Assembly: GCA_963702435.1 (NCBI GenBank)
Contig: CAVPCR010000002.1
Span: forward strand, 608,001-672,000
Length of the DNA: 64,000 nucleotides
Source of the DNA: Candidatus Eiseniibacteriota bacterium
GTDB taxonomy: Bacteria > Eisenbacteria > RBG-16-71-46 > CAVPCR01
Direction of reading: 5' to 3'
The notes beneath the pieces are model-generated. The model did no database searches. It was not told the origin of the DNA and was given only the letters and a program-made list of their open reading frames with translations. Below are positions 39,243-48,566 of this stretch, one piece after another (the first letter of the stretch is position 1; each line of letters opens with the position of its first letter). The position numbers and the translations under genes were made by a program.

Positions 39243-39972
39243 CTAGCGCGTCAGCGCGTCGGCGAGCGCCCGCAGGAGCTTCGCGCCGTCGCCGCGCCAG
39301 GCGCTCCCGTGCATGACGGCGAGTGTCTTCGGCTCGGTCGCGGCCAGCCGCTCGAGGAGCGCCCGCGTGTTCCTCGCGTGCGCATAGTAGTCCATGACGC
39401 CCCGCATCTCCTCGCTCGGCCCGAGGATGTCCGACTCGGTCACCGCCGGGTCGCCCGGGCCCGGCTGCGTGAAGAGATCCCCGCAGAGCAGCGTCCGCGT
39501 GGCCGACTCGAAGAGATAGCCGCATTCCCACCCGTGCGGGAGATGCGGCGTGTCGAGCCACTTCACGGCGTGCCGCCCGAGCGGGAGCGTCTCCCCGTCG
39601 GCCAGGGCGCGCGCCGGCCGGTCGGCGAGATCATCGATCGAGACGAGCGCGGCGATCTTCCCGCAGAGAGGCACCGCCCGCGGGGCCACCGCAAGCCACT
39701 CGTTCAGCGAACCGCACTCATCCGACTCGACGTGGGAGAAGCCGATGTAGCGGAGCCGGTCCACCGGCATCACGCTCGCCACCGCCTCGCGCACGAGGGG
39801 GAACATCTTCCGCGGCCCCGTGTGGAAGAGGAGCGACTCGTCATCCATGACCAGGTACTGGTTGAACGAGAAGGGCCCCCCGCCCGCGAATCTCGACCGG
39901 CGTGTTGATGCGGTAGATCCCTTCCGCCACCTCGTTGATGTTGGTCCCCGACTGCTGGTTGGTGACTCCCAC
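39243..39972 (-). CDS. MBL-fold protein (FprA/ODP-like); frameshift near 39885
   Basis: FNQYL, FHTG, FSHVESDECG, TPHLPHGW, LCGDLF; the N-terminal EVAEGIYRI is in another frame. Confidence 0.8.
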
Positions 39973-40003
39973 GCTGCTCTCCTTTCGCTGATGGCGCCGC
40001 CCG

Positions 40004-40528
40004 TCATGTATCGAGCCGCGCCGCATAGCGCAGCTCGATGAGCTCCCGGCCACCGAAGTCGCCGGCCTTCCTGCCGCCCGCGCCCGCCGCATCCGCGGTG
40101 AACCCGAGCGTCGAGTAGAAGCGGCGAGCCGCTTCGTTCCGTTCCAGGACCCAGAGTGTCACGCGCTCGTACCCCGCGCTCCGGAAGCGCGCGCACGCGT
40201 GCTGCATGAGAAGGCGGCCGGCGCCGCGCCGCCAGGCCGCGGGATCGATGTTGATCGCGTAGACCTCGGCGGTGCGCGGCGACGCCTCCGCATCCCGGGT
40301 CTCGCCGCCGATCGCCCAGCCGGCGACGACCCCGCCCTCCTCGGCGACGAGCACGGTCCGCCCGCCCCGGGCGAGCGTCTCGCGCCATCTCTCCACGCGG
40401 GAGTCCACCGACAGGCCGGCGAGGAAGTCGTCCGGCATGATCCCGCGATAGGCCTCCTGCCAGGCCCGCACGTGGATCTCGGCGATCCGCCGTGCATCAT
40501 CGAGGCAGGCTTCGCGGATCGTCAGCAT
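40004..40528 (-). CDS. GNAT N-acetyltransferase
   Basis: IAEIHVRAWQEAYRG, WRRGAG, LWVLERNEAARRFY. Confidence 0.9.
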   Translation of the reverse strand: MLTIREACLDDARRIAEIHVRAWQEAYRGIMPDDFLAGLSVDSRVERWRETLARGGRTVLVAEEGGVVAGWAIGGETRDAEASPRTAEVYAINIDPAAWRRGAGRLLMQHACARFRSAGYERVTLWVLERNEAARRFYSTLGFTADAAGAGGRKAGDFGGRELIELRYAARLDT

Positions 40529-40558
40529 GGCGGTGCTTCCTCGGTCCACACCGGCTCA

Positions 40559-40715
40559 TCACGCGTATCGCTGCGCCAGGTCGCGCACCGATCGTGTGAT
40601 GAGCTCCCCGAGCACGCCAAGGTCGATGGCGGAGAGACGCCGCACGTAGAGGGCGGCCTTGCCGGTCTCGTGCTTTCCGAGCTGCGCGAGGAGCGCCGCG
40701 TACCGATCGAGGGAG
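40559..40715 (-). pseudogene. C-terminal remnant of a DUF1801-like protein
   Basis: Manual translation LLAQLGKHETGKAALYVRRLSAIDLGVLGELI...; no start or N-terminus. Confidence 0.6.
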
Positions 40716-40723
40716 TGGCCTGG

Positions 40724-41113
40724 CTACGCCTGCGCAGGGAATGGAGTCTGCCCGAGCTTGCGCCCGATGTGCTCGTAGACCGTCCGTAGACCCTTCTGCG
40801 GGCTGAACTCGAGGATCTCCGTGTCCACGTCGAACCGAACCGTGTGCTTTGGCGGCCAGTAGAAGACCTCCCCGGCGCGGCTCGTCTCCCTGGTGCCGTC
40901 TCCATACGTGACCTGAACGGCACCGCTCAGGACCACACCCCAGTGCGGGCAGGAGCACATGTCGCCGGGAAGCCCGGCCAGGAGGGGTGTGGCATCCGCT
41001 CCGGCCGAGAACTTGGCGCTGACGACGGTCATGTCGCCCCATTCGATGGCGCGGGACTTGACGGCGCCGGGAACGTCGAGGGCGACGGGCATCTCCTCTT
41101 TCTTGCACTGCAT
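40724..41113 (-). CDS. Cupin-domain protein
   Basis: GLPGDMCSCPHWGVVLSG...AGEVFYWPPKH. Confidence 0.82.
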   Translation of the reverse strand: MQCKKEEMPVALDVPGAVKSRAIEWGDMTVVSAKFSAGADATPLLAGLPGDMCSCPHWGVVLSGAVQVTYGDGTRETSRAGEVFYWPPKHTVRFDVDTEILEFSPQKGLRTVYEHIGRKLGQTPFPAQA

Positions 41114-41223
41114 GGTCGGGACTCCTTGCCTCTGCTGGGGACTCGGGTTCGGGACTCGAGCGGGGGCTTCGATCACGATACCCGATCGCGAACCTGCATG
41201 GAACCCACGATCGCCCGCCGCGG

Positions 41224-41616
41224 CTAGGCGGGGTCGCGGTGCACGGAGTCCGGCGAGAAGGCCGGCAGGCAGACCGCGATGTACTCGGCGCCGTCGGCGC
41301 CGGGCGTCGAGTAGCGGACCCACTCGCCGGCCGGCACGAGGACCGCCTGCCCGGCGCGCACCCGGAGGACACCGCCCCCCTCGCTCTCGACGCAGAGCTC
41401 GCCGCGGAGGACCACCGTGTACTCGATGAAGTCCGGCCGCTGCCCGGGTTCGACCCACCCCGGCGGGCTCGTCATCCGCGCGACGCTGACCGCGGCCGTC
41501 CCCGAGCTCACGCGGCCGATGAACTCTTCGATCCGCTTCGGCTTGTTGCCGGCGGCCGCGATGACCGCCGGCGCCGCGATCAGCGTGGGCAGTGGCCCTG
41601 ACGTTTCTTCGCTCAT
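41224..41616 (-). CDS. Cupin-domain protein
   Basis: KPKRIEEFIGRV, GWVEPGQRPDFIEYTVVL, YIAVCLPAFSP. Confidence 0.88.
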   Translation of the reverse strand: MSEETSGPLPTLIAAPAVIAAAGNKPKRIEEFIGRVSSGTAAVSVARMTSPPGWVEPGQRPDFIEYTVVLRGELCVESEGGGVLRVRAGQAVLVPAGEWVRYSTPGADGAEYIAVCLPAFSPDSVHRDPA

Positions 41617-41625
41617 TTCCTTCCA

Positions 41626-42132
41626 CTAAGTGAGCAGGTCGCGTTTCGCCTGGGCGACCCAGCCGGGAGCGCTCTCCGTCGTCTGCCGGAGGATCAGGTT
41701 GATCTGCGCCGCTCCATGCTGGACGTGGCGCATGTTGTAGAGGAGGAGCTCGGCGAAGGAGACCTCGCCCCAGGGAAAGCGGTAGCGCCGGGCGGCCCGC
41801 TCGGCCGTCAAGCCGGCGATCGTCTCCCGGCACTTCCGGCGCCCATGCTCGAGATAGGCGCGCAGCTCGTCCTTCCTGTAGACCCGCTCGGGCAGCAATC
41901 CGGCCGGATCCAGCTCGTCGAGCGTGAAGGGCGCGGGCGGGACGAATCCCTCGGCCGGACCGGACAGGTAGAGGTCGAGCCAGAAGAGCGTATGAAAGGC
42001 GAGATACCAGACTTCCGGCTCCCGCGTGCGGTCGCTCCAGATCTCCTCGGGGCAGGCGATGATGGCGCGATCGAACATGTCGATCGCGGCCCCGAACTGC
42101 TGCCAGATGAGATCTTTCCACGTCGAGTCCAC
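41626..42132 (-). CDS. DinB-family protein
   Basis: WQQFGAAIDM, WYLAFHTLFWLD, LYNMRHVQH; GTG after GGAGGAG. Confidence 0.88.
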   Translation of the reverse strand: MDSTWKDLIWQQFGAAIDMFDRAIIACPEEIWSDRTREPEVWYLAFHTLFWLDLYLSGPAEGFVPPAPFTLDELDPAGLLPERVYRKDELRAYLEHGRRKCRETIAGLTAERAARRYRFPWGEVSFAELLLYNMRHVQHGAAQINLILRQTTESAPGWVAQAKRDLLT

Positions 42133-42309
42133 GTGCTCCTCCGCTCGCCGGCGCGCGAGATGCCGCCGCCGGCCTTCAGAAACCCATCCTGGCGAGGAAT
42201 GACAACCACCGCGGATCCGCGTGCAGGTTCGCGAGGAGCGGGTCCGCCTTGATCTCCGCCATTCCGGCATCATGCATGGAATACGCGCGCTCGAGCCAGG
42301 TGAAGGCGA

Positions 42310-42465
42310 GGTCCGCCTCGCTGCGAGCGCTGGCAGCAGAACCTTGAGCGCAACATCACGTCCGAGTCGCGTGTCGTGCGCCAGGTAGACCTCGCCCATG
42401 CCGCCCGCGCCGAGGAGCGAGCGGATCTCGTCGGGGCCGAGGCGGGTGAAGGAGGAGAGGGCCAT
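42310..42465 (-). pseudogene. N-terminal remnant of a Hanks-type Ser/Thr protein kinase
   Basis: LGAGGMGEVYLAHDTRLGRDVALKVL followed by unrelated sequence. Confidence 0.8.
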
Positions 42466-42476
42466 CGTACCGTCAC

Positions 42477-42947
42477 TCAACCGTGGAAGCGCTCACCGAC
42501 CGACGCGGCGCCGCCGCGCGGCCGCTCCTCCGCCTCGCTGCCGTTCTGGTGGATCGCCTGGGTGATCACGCGCATCGTCACCGCGTGCAAGTGGGAGCGC
42601 AGCGTCGAGTTCAACTCCTGGAACTCCGGCCACAAAACCTGGTGCACGAAACTCGGCGCCACGCGTGCCATCACGGTTGTCCGGCGCTGGCGCGGGTAAC
42701 GGTAGGGCTCGAGCCCGTAGCGCCGGAGAAGCGCCACGAACAGGAGCCGCGACCACGTGTCGCCGAGCGTGAAGCGCAGCTCGACCAGACGCTCGGCGCG
42801 CTCGAAGTGCTGGAGCCGCTCGCGGAGCCGTTTCAGGGCGTCGCCCGCCGCCGCCTTCTCGCCGGGCGTCCCCGGCCGCGAGAACAGGGCCTCGATCTTC
42901 CGTAGCTTCTCGATCAGCCGTGCTTCTTCGTCATCACGATCACGCAT
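42477..42947 (-). CDS. Hypothetical protein
   Basis: LIEKLRKIEALF...GEKAAA...LFVALLRRYGLEPYRYPRQRRTTVM; GGAGG RBS. Confidence 0.75.
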   Translation of the reverse strand: MRDRDDEEARLIEKLRKIEALFSRPGTPGEKAAAGDALKRLRERLQHFERAERLVELRFTLGDTWSRLLFVALLRRYGLEPYRYPRQRRTTVMARVAPSFVHQVLWPEFQELNSTLRSHLHAVTMRVITQAIHQNGSEAEERPRGGAASVGERFHG

Positions 42948-43281
42948 CGCCGTGCCTCCGCATCCCGTTCCTGGCAGACGGCACGGCATCATGACGACCG
43001 GAGAGGTCTCGTCGACCCGCCGTGCACCCGATCGCCACGGATGGATCGTACCACCGGAGGCCGGGGTCGGGTCCAGCTGAGCCCCGGGCAGCCATCGAAC
43101 GGCGCTGGCGCCGGCGTGGCTCGGCAGGGGGCGCCGGGCGGCGCCGGCGCGGCGCACAACGCCCCGCATCGGCTAGGATCGGGCCTCCCCCGGTCCCGGA
43201 GCACCCCCCCGAAAGGGCTCCGCCCTTCACAGCCCGAGCCGCGGCGCGCCCCCCGAGCGCGCCCTCGACAAGGAGAAGGAC

Positions 43282-43752
43282 ATGGCAGTCAAGCCCATTC
43301 CCGACGGTTATCACACGGCAACCCCGTATCTCATCATCAAGGATGCGGCGCGCGCCCTCGACTTCTACAAGCAGGCGCTCGGCGCCGAGGAGCTCTTCCG
43401 GATGGCCAGTCCGGACGGCAAGATCGGACATGCCGAGATCAGGATCGGCAACTCGATCCTCATGCTGGCCGACGAGCATCCGGAGATGGGCTACCAGAGC
43501 CCGCAATCCTATGGCGGCACGCCGGTCTCGATCATGCTCTACGTCGAGGACGTCGACGCGCAGTTCCAGAAGGCGGTGGCGGCCGGCGCGAAGGTGAAGC
43601 GTCCCCTCAAGGATCAGTTCTACGGGGATCGGAGCGGCACCATCGCCGACCCCTTCGGTCACGAGTGGACGATCGCCACCCACAAGGAGGACCTGCCGAT
43701 GGAGGAGATCGAGCGGCGGGCGGCGGAGGCGATGAAGCAAGGCGCGATGTAG
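43282..43752 (+). CDS. VOC/glyoxalase (PhnB-like) protein
   Basis: IPDGYHTATPYL, HAEIRIG, DQFYGDRSG, DPFGHEW. Confidence 0.93.
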   Translation: MAVKPIPDGYHTATPYLIIKDAARALDFYKQALGAEELFRMASPDGKIGHAEIRIGNSILMLADEHPEMGYQSPQSYGGTPVSIMLYVEDVDAQFQKAVAAGAKVKRPLKDQFYGDRSGTIADPFGHEWTIATHKEDLPMEEIERRAAEAMKQGAM

Positions 43753-43798
43753 GGCGCCGGCGACCCGCGCGGTCCACGCGGAGTCGAACCGCAACGAT

Positions 43799-43826
43799 GG
43801 AGCCCCGGCCCACCCGCCGGGGCTCC
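43799..43826. terminator. Perfect 11-bp hairpin between convergent genes
   Basis: GGAGCCCCGGC-ccaccc-GCCGGGGCTCC. Confidence 0.65.
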
Positions 43827-43866
43827 GTCCTTTCGGCGCGACTCCAGCGCGACCGCGCGCCGCGAA

Positions 43867-45288
43867 TCACGCCGCCGGCAGGATGTTCTGATTGCGCCGG
43901 AAGAAGTTCGTGGGATCGTACTTCTTCTTGATCTCGGCCAGGCGGCGGTAGTTCGTGCCGTAGGCCGCACGCACCCGATCCCCCTCCTCCTCGGTCAGGA
44001 AGTTCACGTAGGCGCCGCCCGTGGCGAAGGGCCCTGCCGCCGTGAAGAGCTCCCGCGCCCAGCCGATGCACGCCGAGTCCTTGCCCGGGTCGGTCCAGCG
44101 GCCGTGCACGTTCAGGACGAACTCGGCATCCCGGTGCGTGTAAGCGGTCGCATCGAGCGGCACACGGCTCACCGCCCCGCCGAGCTGGGCGAAGGCGATC
44201 TCGGTCATCGGGTCGGGGATCCGCTGCGCGTGATCCACGAGCACGTCGATCAGGCCGTCGGAGACCTCGCGGAAGTCGTGGGACTTCCAGTAGTTTCGCG
44301 CCCCGGGCGTGAGCAGCGGATCGAAGATCTTCTGCCAGGCCGTGAACGGATGCGGCGCGATCACGTCCGCAATGGGCTTCCCGACGGTCCGGAGCGGCTT
44401 CGCCACGCGCTCACCGTCCGCGATCGGACCCGCATAACACACCGCAAGCGCGAGGATCCCCTTCCCGTGCCACTCGGTGGGCAGGAACGGGAGCGGCGGC
44501 GCGAGACGGAGCACGAACCAGCAGACGAACTCCTCGGGGGTCGTCTTCAAAAAGTCGCGGTAGTAGCGGAGAACGGTCCGCGCCTCCGCCATCGGATGGA
44601 TGATGAGGCCCGAGAGCACCTCCGGACCCACCGGGTGGAGCTTGAACTCGAACGAGGTCACGATCCCGAAGTTGCCGCCGCCGCCGCGAATCGCCCAGAA
44701 GAGATCCGGGTTCTCGGTGTTCGAGGCCTTGACCAGCTCGCCGGCCGCCGTCACCACGTCGGCGGAGACGAGGCTGTCGATCGAGAGCCCGAGCTTCCGG
44801 CTGAGCCAGCCGAATCCGCCGCCGAGCGTGAGCCCGGCGATCCCGGTCGTCGAGTTGATCCCGACCGGGGTGGCGAGCCCGAACGCCTGAGTGTCGTGAT
44901 CGACATCGGCGAGGGTGGCACCGGCCTCGACTCGCGCCGTGCGCTTGACCGGATCCACCTGCACGGACCTCATCCGTGAGAGATCGATCATCAGGCCGCC
45001 GTCGCAGACGGCGTTGCCCGCAATGTTGTGGCCGCCGCCACGCACTGCCGGACCGATGTCGTGCGCGCGGCAGAAGCGAACGGCGTGGATGACATCGGCG
45101 GCGCTCGCGCACTGCACGATCACCGACGGCCGCCGGTCGATCATCGCGTTCCAGATCGTGCGCGCCGCATCGTAGTCCGGCATTCCGGGCGTCACGACGC
45201 GTCCGCGCACACTTCCTGTCAGTTCAGCAATCGCTCCCTGATCGAGAGCAATGTCGCCGGGACGCGACATGGTCTTGAGACTTGACAT
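43867..45288 (-). CDS. FAD-binding oxidoreductase (VAO/BBE family)
   Basis: WNAMIDRRP, RGGGHN, GLTLGGGFG, WAIRGGGGNFG, YVNF...KKKYDPTNFF. Confidence 0.93.
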   Translation of the reverse strand: MSSLKTMSRPGDIALDQGAIAELTGSVRGRVVTPGMPDYDAARTIWNAMIDRRPSVIVQCASAADVIHAVRFCRAHDIGPAVRGGGHNIAGNAVCDGGLMIDLSRMRSVQVDPVKRTARVEAGATLADVDHDTQAFGLATPVGINSTTGIAGLTLGGGFGWLSRKLGLSIDSLVSADVVTAAGELVKASNTENPDLFWAIRGGGGNFGIVTSFEFKLHPVGPEVLSGLIIHPMAEARTVLRYYRDFLKTTPEEFVCWFVLRLAPPLPFLPTEWHGKGILALAVCYAGPIADGERVAKPLRTVGKPIADVIAPHPFTAWQKIFDPLLTPGARNYWKSHDFREVSDGLIDVLVDHAQRIPDPMTEIAFAQLGGAVSRVPLDATAYTHRDAEFVLNVHGRWTDPGKDSACIGWARELFTAAGPFATGGAYVNFLTEEEGDRVRAAYGTNYRRLAEIKKKYDPTNFFRRNQNILPAA

Positions 45289-45517
45289 GGGATCTCCAGC
45301 AGTTCGTCGTCCTTGACGGCTGCCGGATCGCGCCCGCGGGGGGTGGGGCCCTCGGCGATTGCGCCAGCCTCTAGACGGCGAACCCGCACGGGTTCAGGGG
45401 ACCGGCGAACGCCCCGGGCGGGCGTCCGCAGCGCAAGCAGTCTGACTCCCCATACGCGGCGGTTGCAAGCTCCGGTTGCCAAGGATCAGTAAATCAGACC
45501 CGGGCGGCCGGAGAAAC

Positions 45518-46070
45518 TCATGGACATATCTCGATCGTCTGGACGGCTACGGGGCGCGGCCGAGTCTTCCGCGGTCCACCTTGCCGAGATGCGTGCGCGG
45601 CAAGCGTGGCGACGATGTGGAGCGCGCGGGGGCGCTTGTGGGCCGGGAGCCGCTCGGCGACAAATCCCATCAACTCATCCACAAGGGCAGTTGCGCTCCT
45701 CCTTGAGGACGACATGGGCGATCGGCATGACAAGCCCGTCGGATCGGGGACGCCGACAACGGCCGCCTCGGCGACGCCGGGGTGCTCGAGCAAACACCCT
45801 TCGACTTCCTGCGGCGCGAGCCGCCGGCCGCCCACCTTGAGCATCTCGTCGCCGCGCCCGTGATAGGTGACGAGGCCGTCGACGTCGATCGCGACGAGAT
45901 CGCCCGCGCTCCGCCGCGCACGCGGAGCCACCCGATCTCGCTGGAGGGAACCGGGAGCCCCTCCTCGTCGCACGCCTTGATCTCGAAGCCGGGGAAGGCC
46001 GTGCCGAGCGTGCCGGAACGCACGCGCCGCTCACGAACCGGGGCGTGACGAACACGGGGCTCGCTCGAGA
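45518..46070 (-). pseudogene. Acyl/benzoate-CoA ligase C-terminal remnant
   Basis: GTLGTAFPGFEI / GDLV...GRGDEMLKVGG...EVEGCLLEHPGVAEAAVVG / HKRPR spread over frames with an internal deletion. Confidence 0.75.
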
Positions 46071-46089
46071 ACCGCATGCGCTTACCGCT

Positions 46090-46400
46090 CAAGATGTTGG
46101 CGGCGGTGTCCACCAGGTGGCCGGTCGAGCGCCCGATGTCAGTGCGCATCTCGGCCGTTGACTGGCATCCGGAGGGGAATCAGCCCGCGGTCGCGATCGC
46201 GCGGCTCTTGAAGGCCGCGGGCTGCGATGTGATCGACGTCTCGGCGGGGCAGACCATGCCGGAGCAGAAGCCCGTCTACGGGCGGCTCTTCCAGACGCCC
46301 TTCGCCCACCGCATCCGGCACGAGGTGGGCATCGCGACCATGGCAGTCGGCGCCATCTCCTCCTACGCCGACGCCGACACGATCGTCGCCGCCCGCCTGA
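46090..46400 (+). pseudogene. Fragment of an OYE-type flavin oxidoreductase domain (salicylyl-CoA 5-hydroxylase-like)
   Basis: [14 protein letters not shown]...[10 protein letters not shown]...[18 protein letters not shown]...TMAVGAI; truncated at both ends. Confidence 0.75.
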
Positions 46401-46448
46401 CGCCCGGCCGGCCCCCGCGCGGCTTTGGAGCAGGCCCGAAAAGCGGTC

Positions 46449-46482
46449 TTGACCCGGAAGAGTTATGCGCATATGTTCATTA
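46449..46482 (+). promoter_or_regulatory. Sigma-70-type promoter with a palindromic operator upstream of DUF134
   Basis: TTGACC-N17-TATGTT; ATGcgCATATGttCAT overlaps the -10; GAGGAGG RBS follows. Confidence 0.65.
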
Positions 46483-46498
46483 CTGAGGAGGGCAGCCG

Positions 46499-46921
46499 AT
46501 GCCGCGCCCGCACAAGTGCCGCCGCATCGCCGCCGGGCCCCCGGTGAGCGCGTTCAAGCCGGCCGGGGTGCCGGGGCACGAGCTGGGAGCGATCGTGCTC
46601 GGGCTCGACGAGCTCGAGGCGCTCCGCCTGGCCGATCTGGAAGGGCTCTATCACGACCCCGCGGCGGCGCGCATGGGCATCTCGCGCGCCACCTTCGGCC
46701 GCCTCCTCGACACGGCGCGGCGGAAGGTCGCCGCCGCCCTCTTCGGACCCAAGATGCTCCTCTTTCAGGGCGGCCCGGTCATCAGGTCGGGCGCCCGCCT
46801 CTTCTGGTGCGATGACTGCACGGCCACCTTCGAACGTCCGTTCGGCACGGGTCGGCCCGCCGGTTGCGCACATTGCCAGGGACGGCGCTTCCATCGCGTC
46901 GCCCGGGAGAAATCTCCATGA
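46499..46921 (+). CDS. DUF134-domain protein with a C-terminal Zn ribbon
   Basis: MPRPHKCRRI...FKPAG...DELEALRLADLEGL...MGISRATF; CDDC...CAHC. Confidence 0.9.
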   Translation: MPRPHKCRRIAAGPPVSAFKPAGVPGHELGAIVLGLDELEALRLADLEGLYHDPAAARMGISRATFGRLLDTARRKVAAALFGPKMLLFQGGPVIRSGARLFWCDDCTATFERPFGTGRPAGCAHCQGRRFHRVAREKSP

Positions 46922-47310
46922 GAATCGCCATTGCCAGCGATGACGGCGAACGGATCGCCGCCCATGCCGGCCGCTGCCGCTCCATCCTCGTCTTCGCCGT
47001 CGAGGGAGACGAGGTCCGCCGCATCGAGGAACGGCCCAATACCTACACGGCCCACGCGCGCGGCGAGTGCGACGGGACGCAGCACGGGGGGCAGGAGGGC
47101 CACCATGGCCATGGCCCTCTGACCGCCGCGCTCGCGGACTGCCAGGCGCTCATCACCCGGGGCATGGGCCCGCGCCTGATCGCCGATCTGAACGCCCGCG
47201 GCATCGAGGCCGTCGTGTCGACCATCGAGCGGGCGGACGAGGCGGCCCGGCTCTACGCCCGAGGGGCGCTGCCGCGCGCGGCAGGAACCGGCTGCGGCCG
47301 TCATTCATAG
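46918..47310 (+). CDS. NifB/NifX-family (FeMo-cofactor-binding-like) protein
   Basis: MRIAIASDDG...HAGRC...DCQALITRGMG; His-rich loop; ATGA overlap. Confidence 0.85.
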   Translation: MRIAIASDDGERIAAHAGRCRSILVFAVEGDEVRRIEERPNTYTAHARGECDGTQHGGQEGHHGHGPLTAALADCQALITRGMGPRLIADLNARGIEAVVSTIERADEAARLYARGALPRAAGTGCGRHS

Positions 47311-47312
47311 AC

Positions 47313-47798
47313 ATGGAACCGCCACTCGACATGCTCGCGGAGCCCGACGCGGCCGAGACCATGGCCAGCCTGCAGGCAGCATGCCATCCCGCCTGCATCG
47401 GCTGCCGGCCGCGCCGGGAAGGCGGACTCGGGCTCCGCTTCGAACACGCGGATGGGAATGGAGTCCTCGCCCACTTCGACAGCGATCCCTCCTATCAGGG
47501 ATATCCCGATCGGCTGCACGGCGGGATCATCGCCACGCTGCTCGATGCCGCGATGACGCACAGCCTGTTCGCCAGGTGCGTGCTGGGGTACACGGTCAGG
47601 ATGGAGCTCCGCTATCGCCGGCCGGTGGTCCTCGGGGTTCCGGCCACGATTTCTGCCTCCGTGGTGCACTGCCGGCCACCGTGGTTCCGAGTCCGCGCCG
47701 AGGTCATGCAGCAGGGCATGGTGTGCGCGAGCGCAGAGGCTGTATTCCGCGGCGAGCACTGGGGCGAATCCCCGGGAGGAAACGGGACGCCATCCTGA
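47313..47798 (+). CDS. PaaI-family thioesterase
   Basis: CIGC...GLGLRF...YQGYPDRLHGGIIATLLDAAM. Confidence 0.85.
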   Translation: MEPPLDMLAEPDAAETMASLQAACHPACIGCRPRREGGLGLRFEHADGNGVLAHFDSDPSYQGYPDRLHGGIIATLLDAAMTHSLFARCVLGYTVRMELRYRRPVVLGVPATISASVVHCRPPWFRVRAEVMQQGMVCASAEAVFRGEHWGESPGGNGTPS

Positions 47799-47834
47799 AC
47801 CGGGCGATGCGGCCGGGACGGAGAAGAGGAAAAC

Positions 47835-48455
47835 GTGTCCACCCCCATCCTCGTGTGGATCATCGCGGCAGTGGCGATCTCGAACCTCGGCGCCGTGGCC
47901 GGAGCCGCCCTGATGCTCCTGTCGCCCCCGGCGTCCGGCAGCTCCTCTTCCCCTGGCTGCTGAGCTATGCGACCCGGGCCCTGCTCGCCGCCGCCTTCCT
48001 CGGCATGATCCCGGCGGCGCTCGCGCAGGCGCCGGTCGATACCGTGACCTCGGCCGTGCTGGCCGGCTTCGTCCTCTTCTTCGTGCTCGAGAAGATCGTG
48101 CTCTGGCGCCACTGCCACGCGGACGACTGCACAGTGCACACCCGCGCCGCACCGCTCATCCTGATCGGGGATGGCTTTCACAACTTCGTCGACGGCGTGG
48201 TGATCGCCGCGGCCTTCCATGCTGCCATCCCGCTCGGGATCGCCACGGCGCTGGCGGTGATCATCCACGAGATTCCACAGGAGATGGGCGATTTCGCCAT
48301 CCTGCTCGAGCTTCATCTACATCGCTGCTGCCGACTTGATTCCGGGGTTGCACCGTCAGGTGCGGCCGGCAGCCGCGGTGCGCCAGGTCCTGCTCCTCCT
48401 GGCCGGCATGGGGACCATCGCGGTCCTGCGCGCGAGCCCCTTCGTGGCGCGGTAG
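47835..48455 (+). pseudogene. ZIP-family metal transporter, frameshifted with an internal deletion
   Basis: HNFVDG and HEIPQEMGDFAILL; the N-terminus and the FIYIAAADLIP end are in other frames; intervening TMs are missing. Confidence 0.8.
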
Positions 48456-48566
48456 GCGGCGGCGCCCGGCACGGTCAAGGTCCGGCTGCAACCTCCGATA
48501 AGTCCATGGGCGCCGCAACTCCATGCACCACGGTGAGACACCGGCCGGGAGACCGGCGGAGGGTCG

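Noticed and set aside
46918..47310. NifB/NifX gene as evidence of nitrogen fixation
   Set aside because: This family is widespread in non-diazotrophs and no nif genes are in the window.
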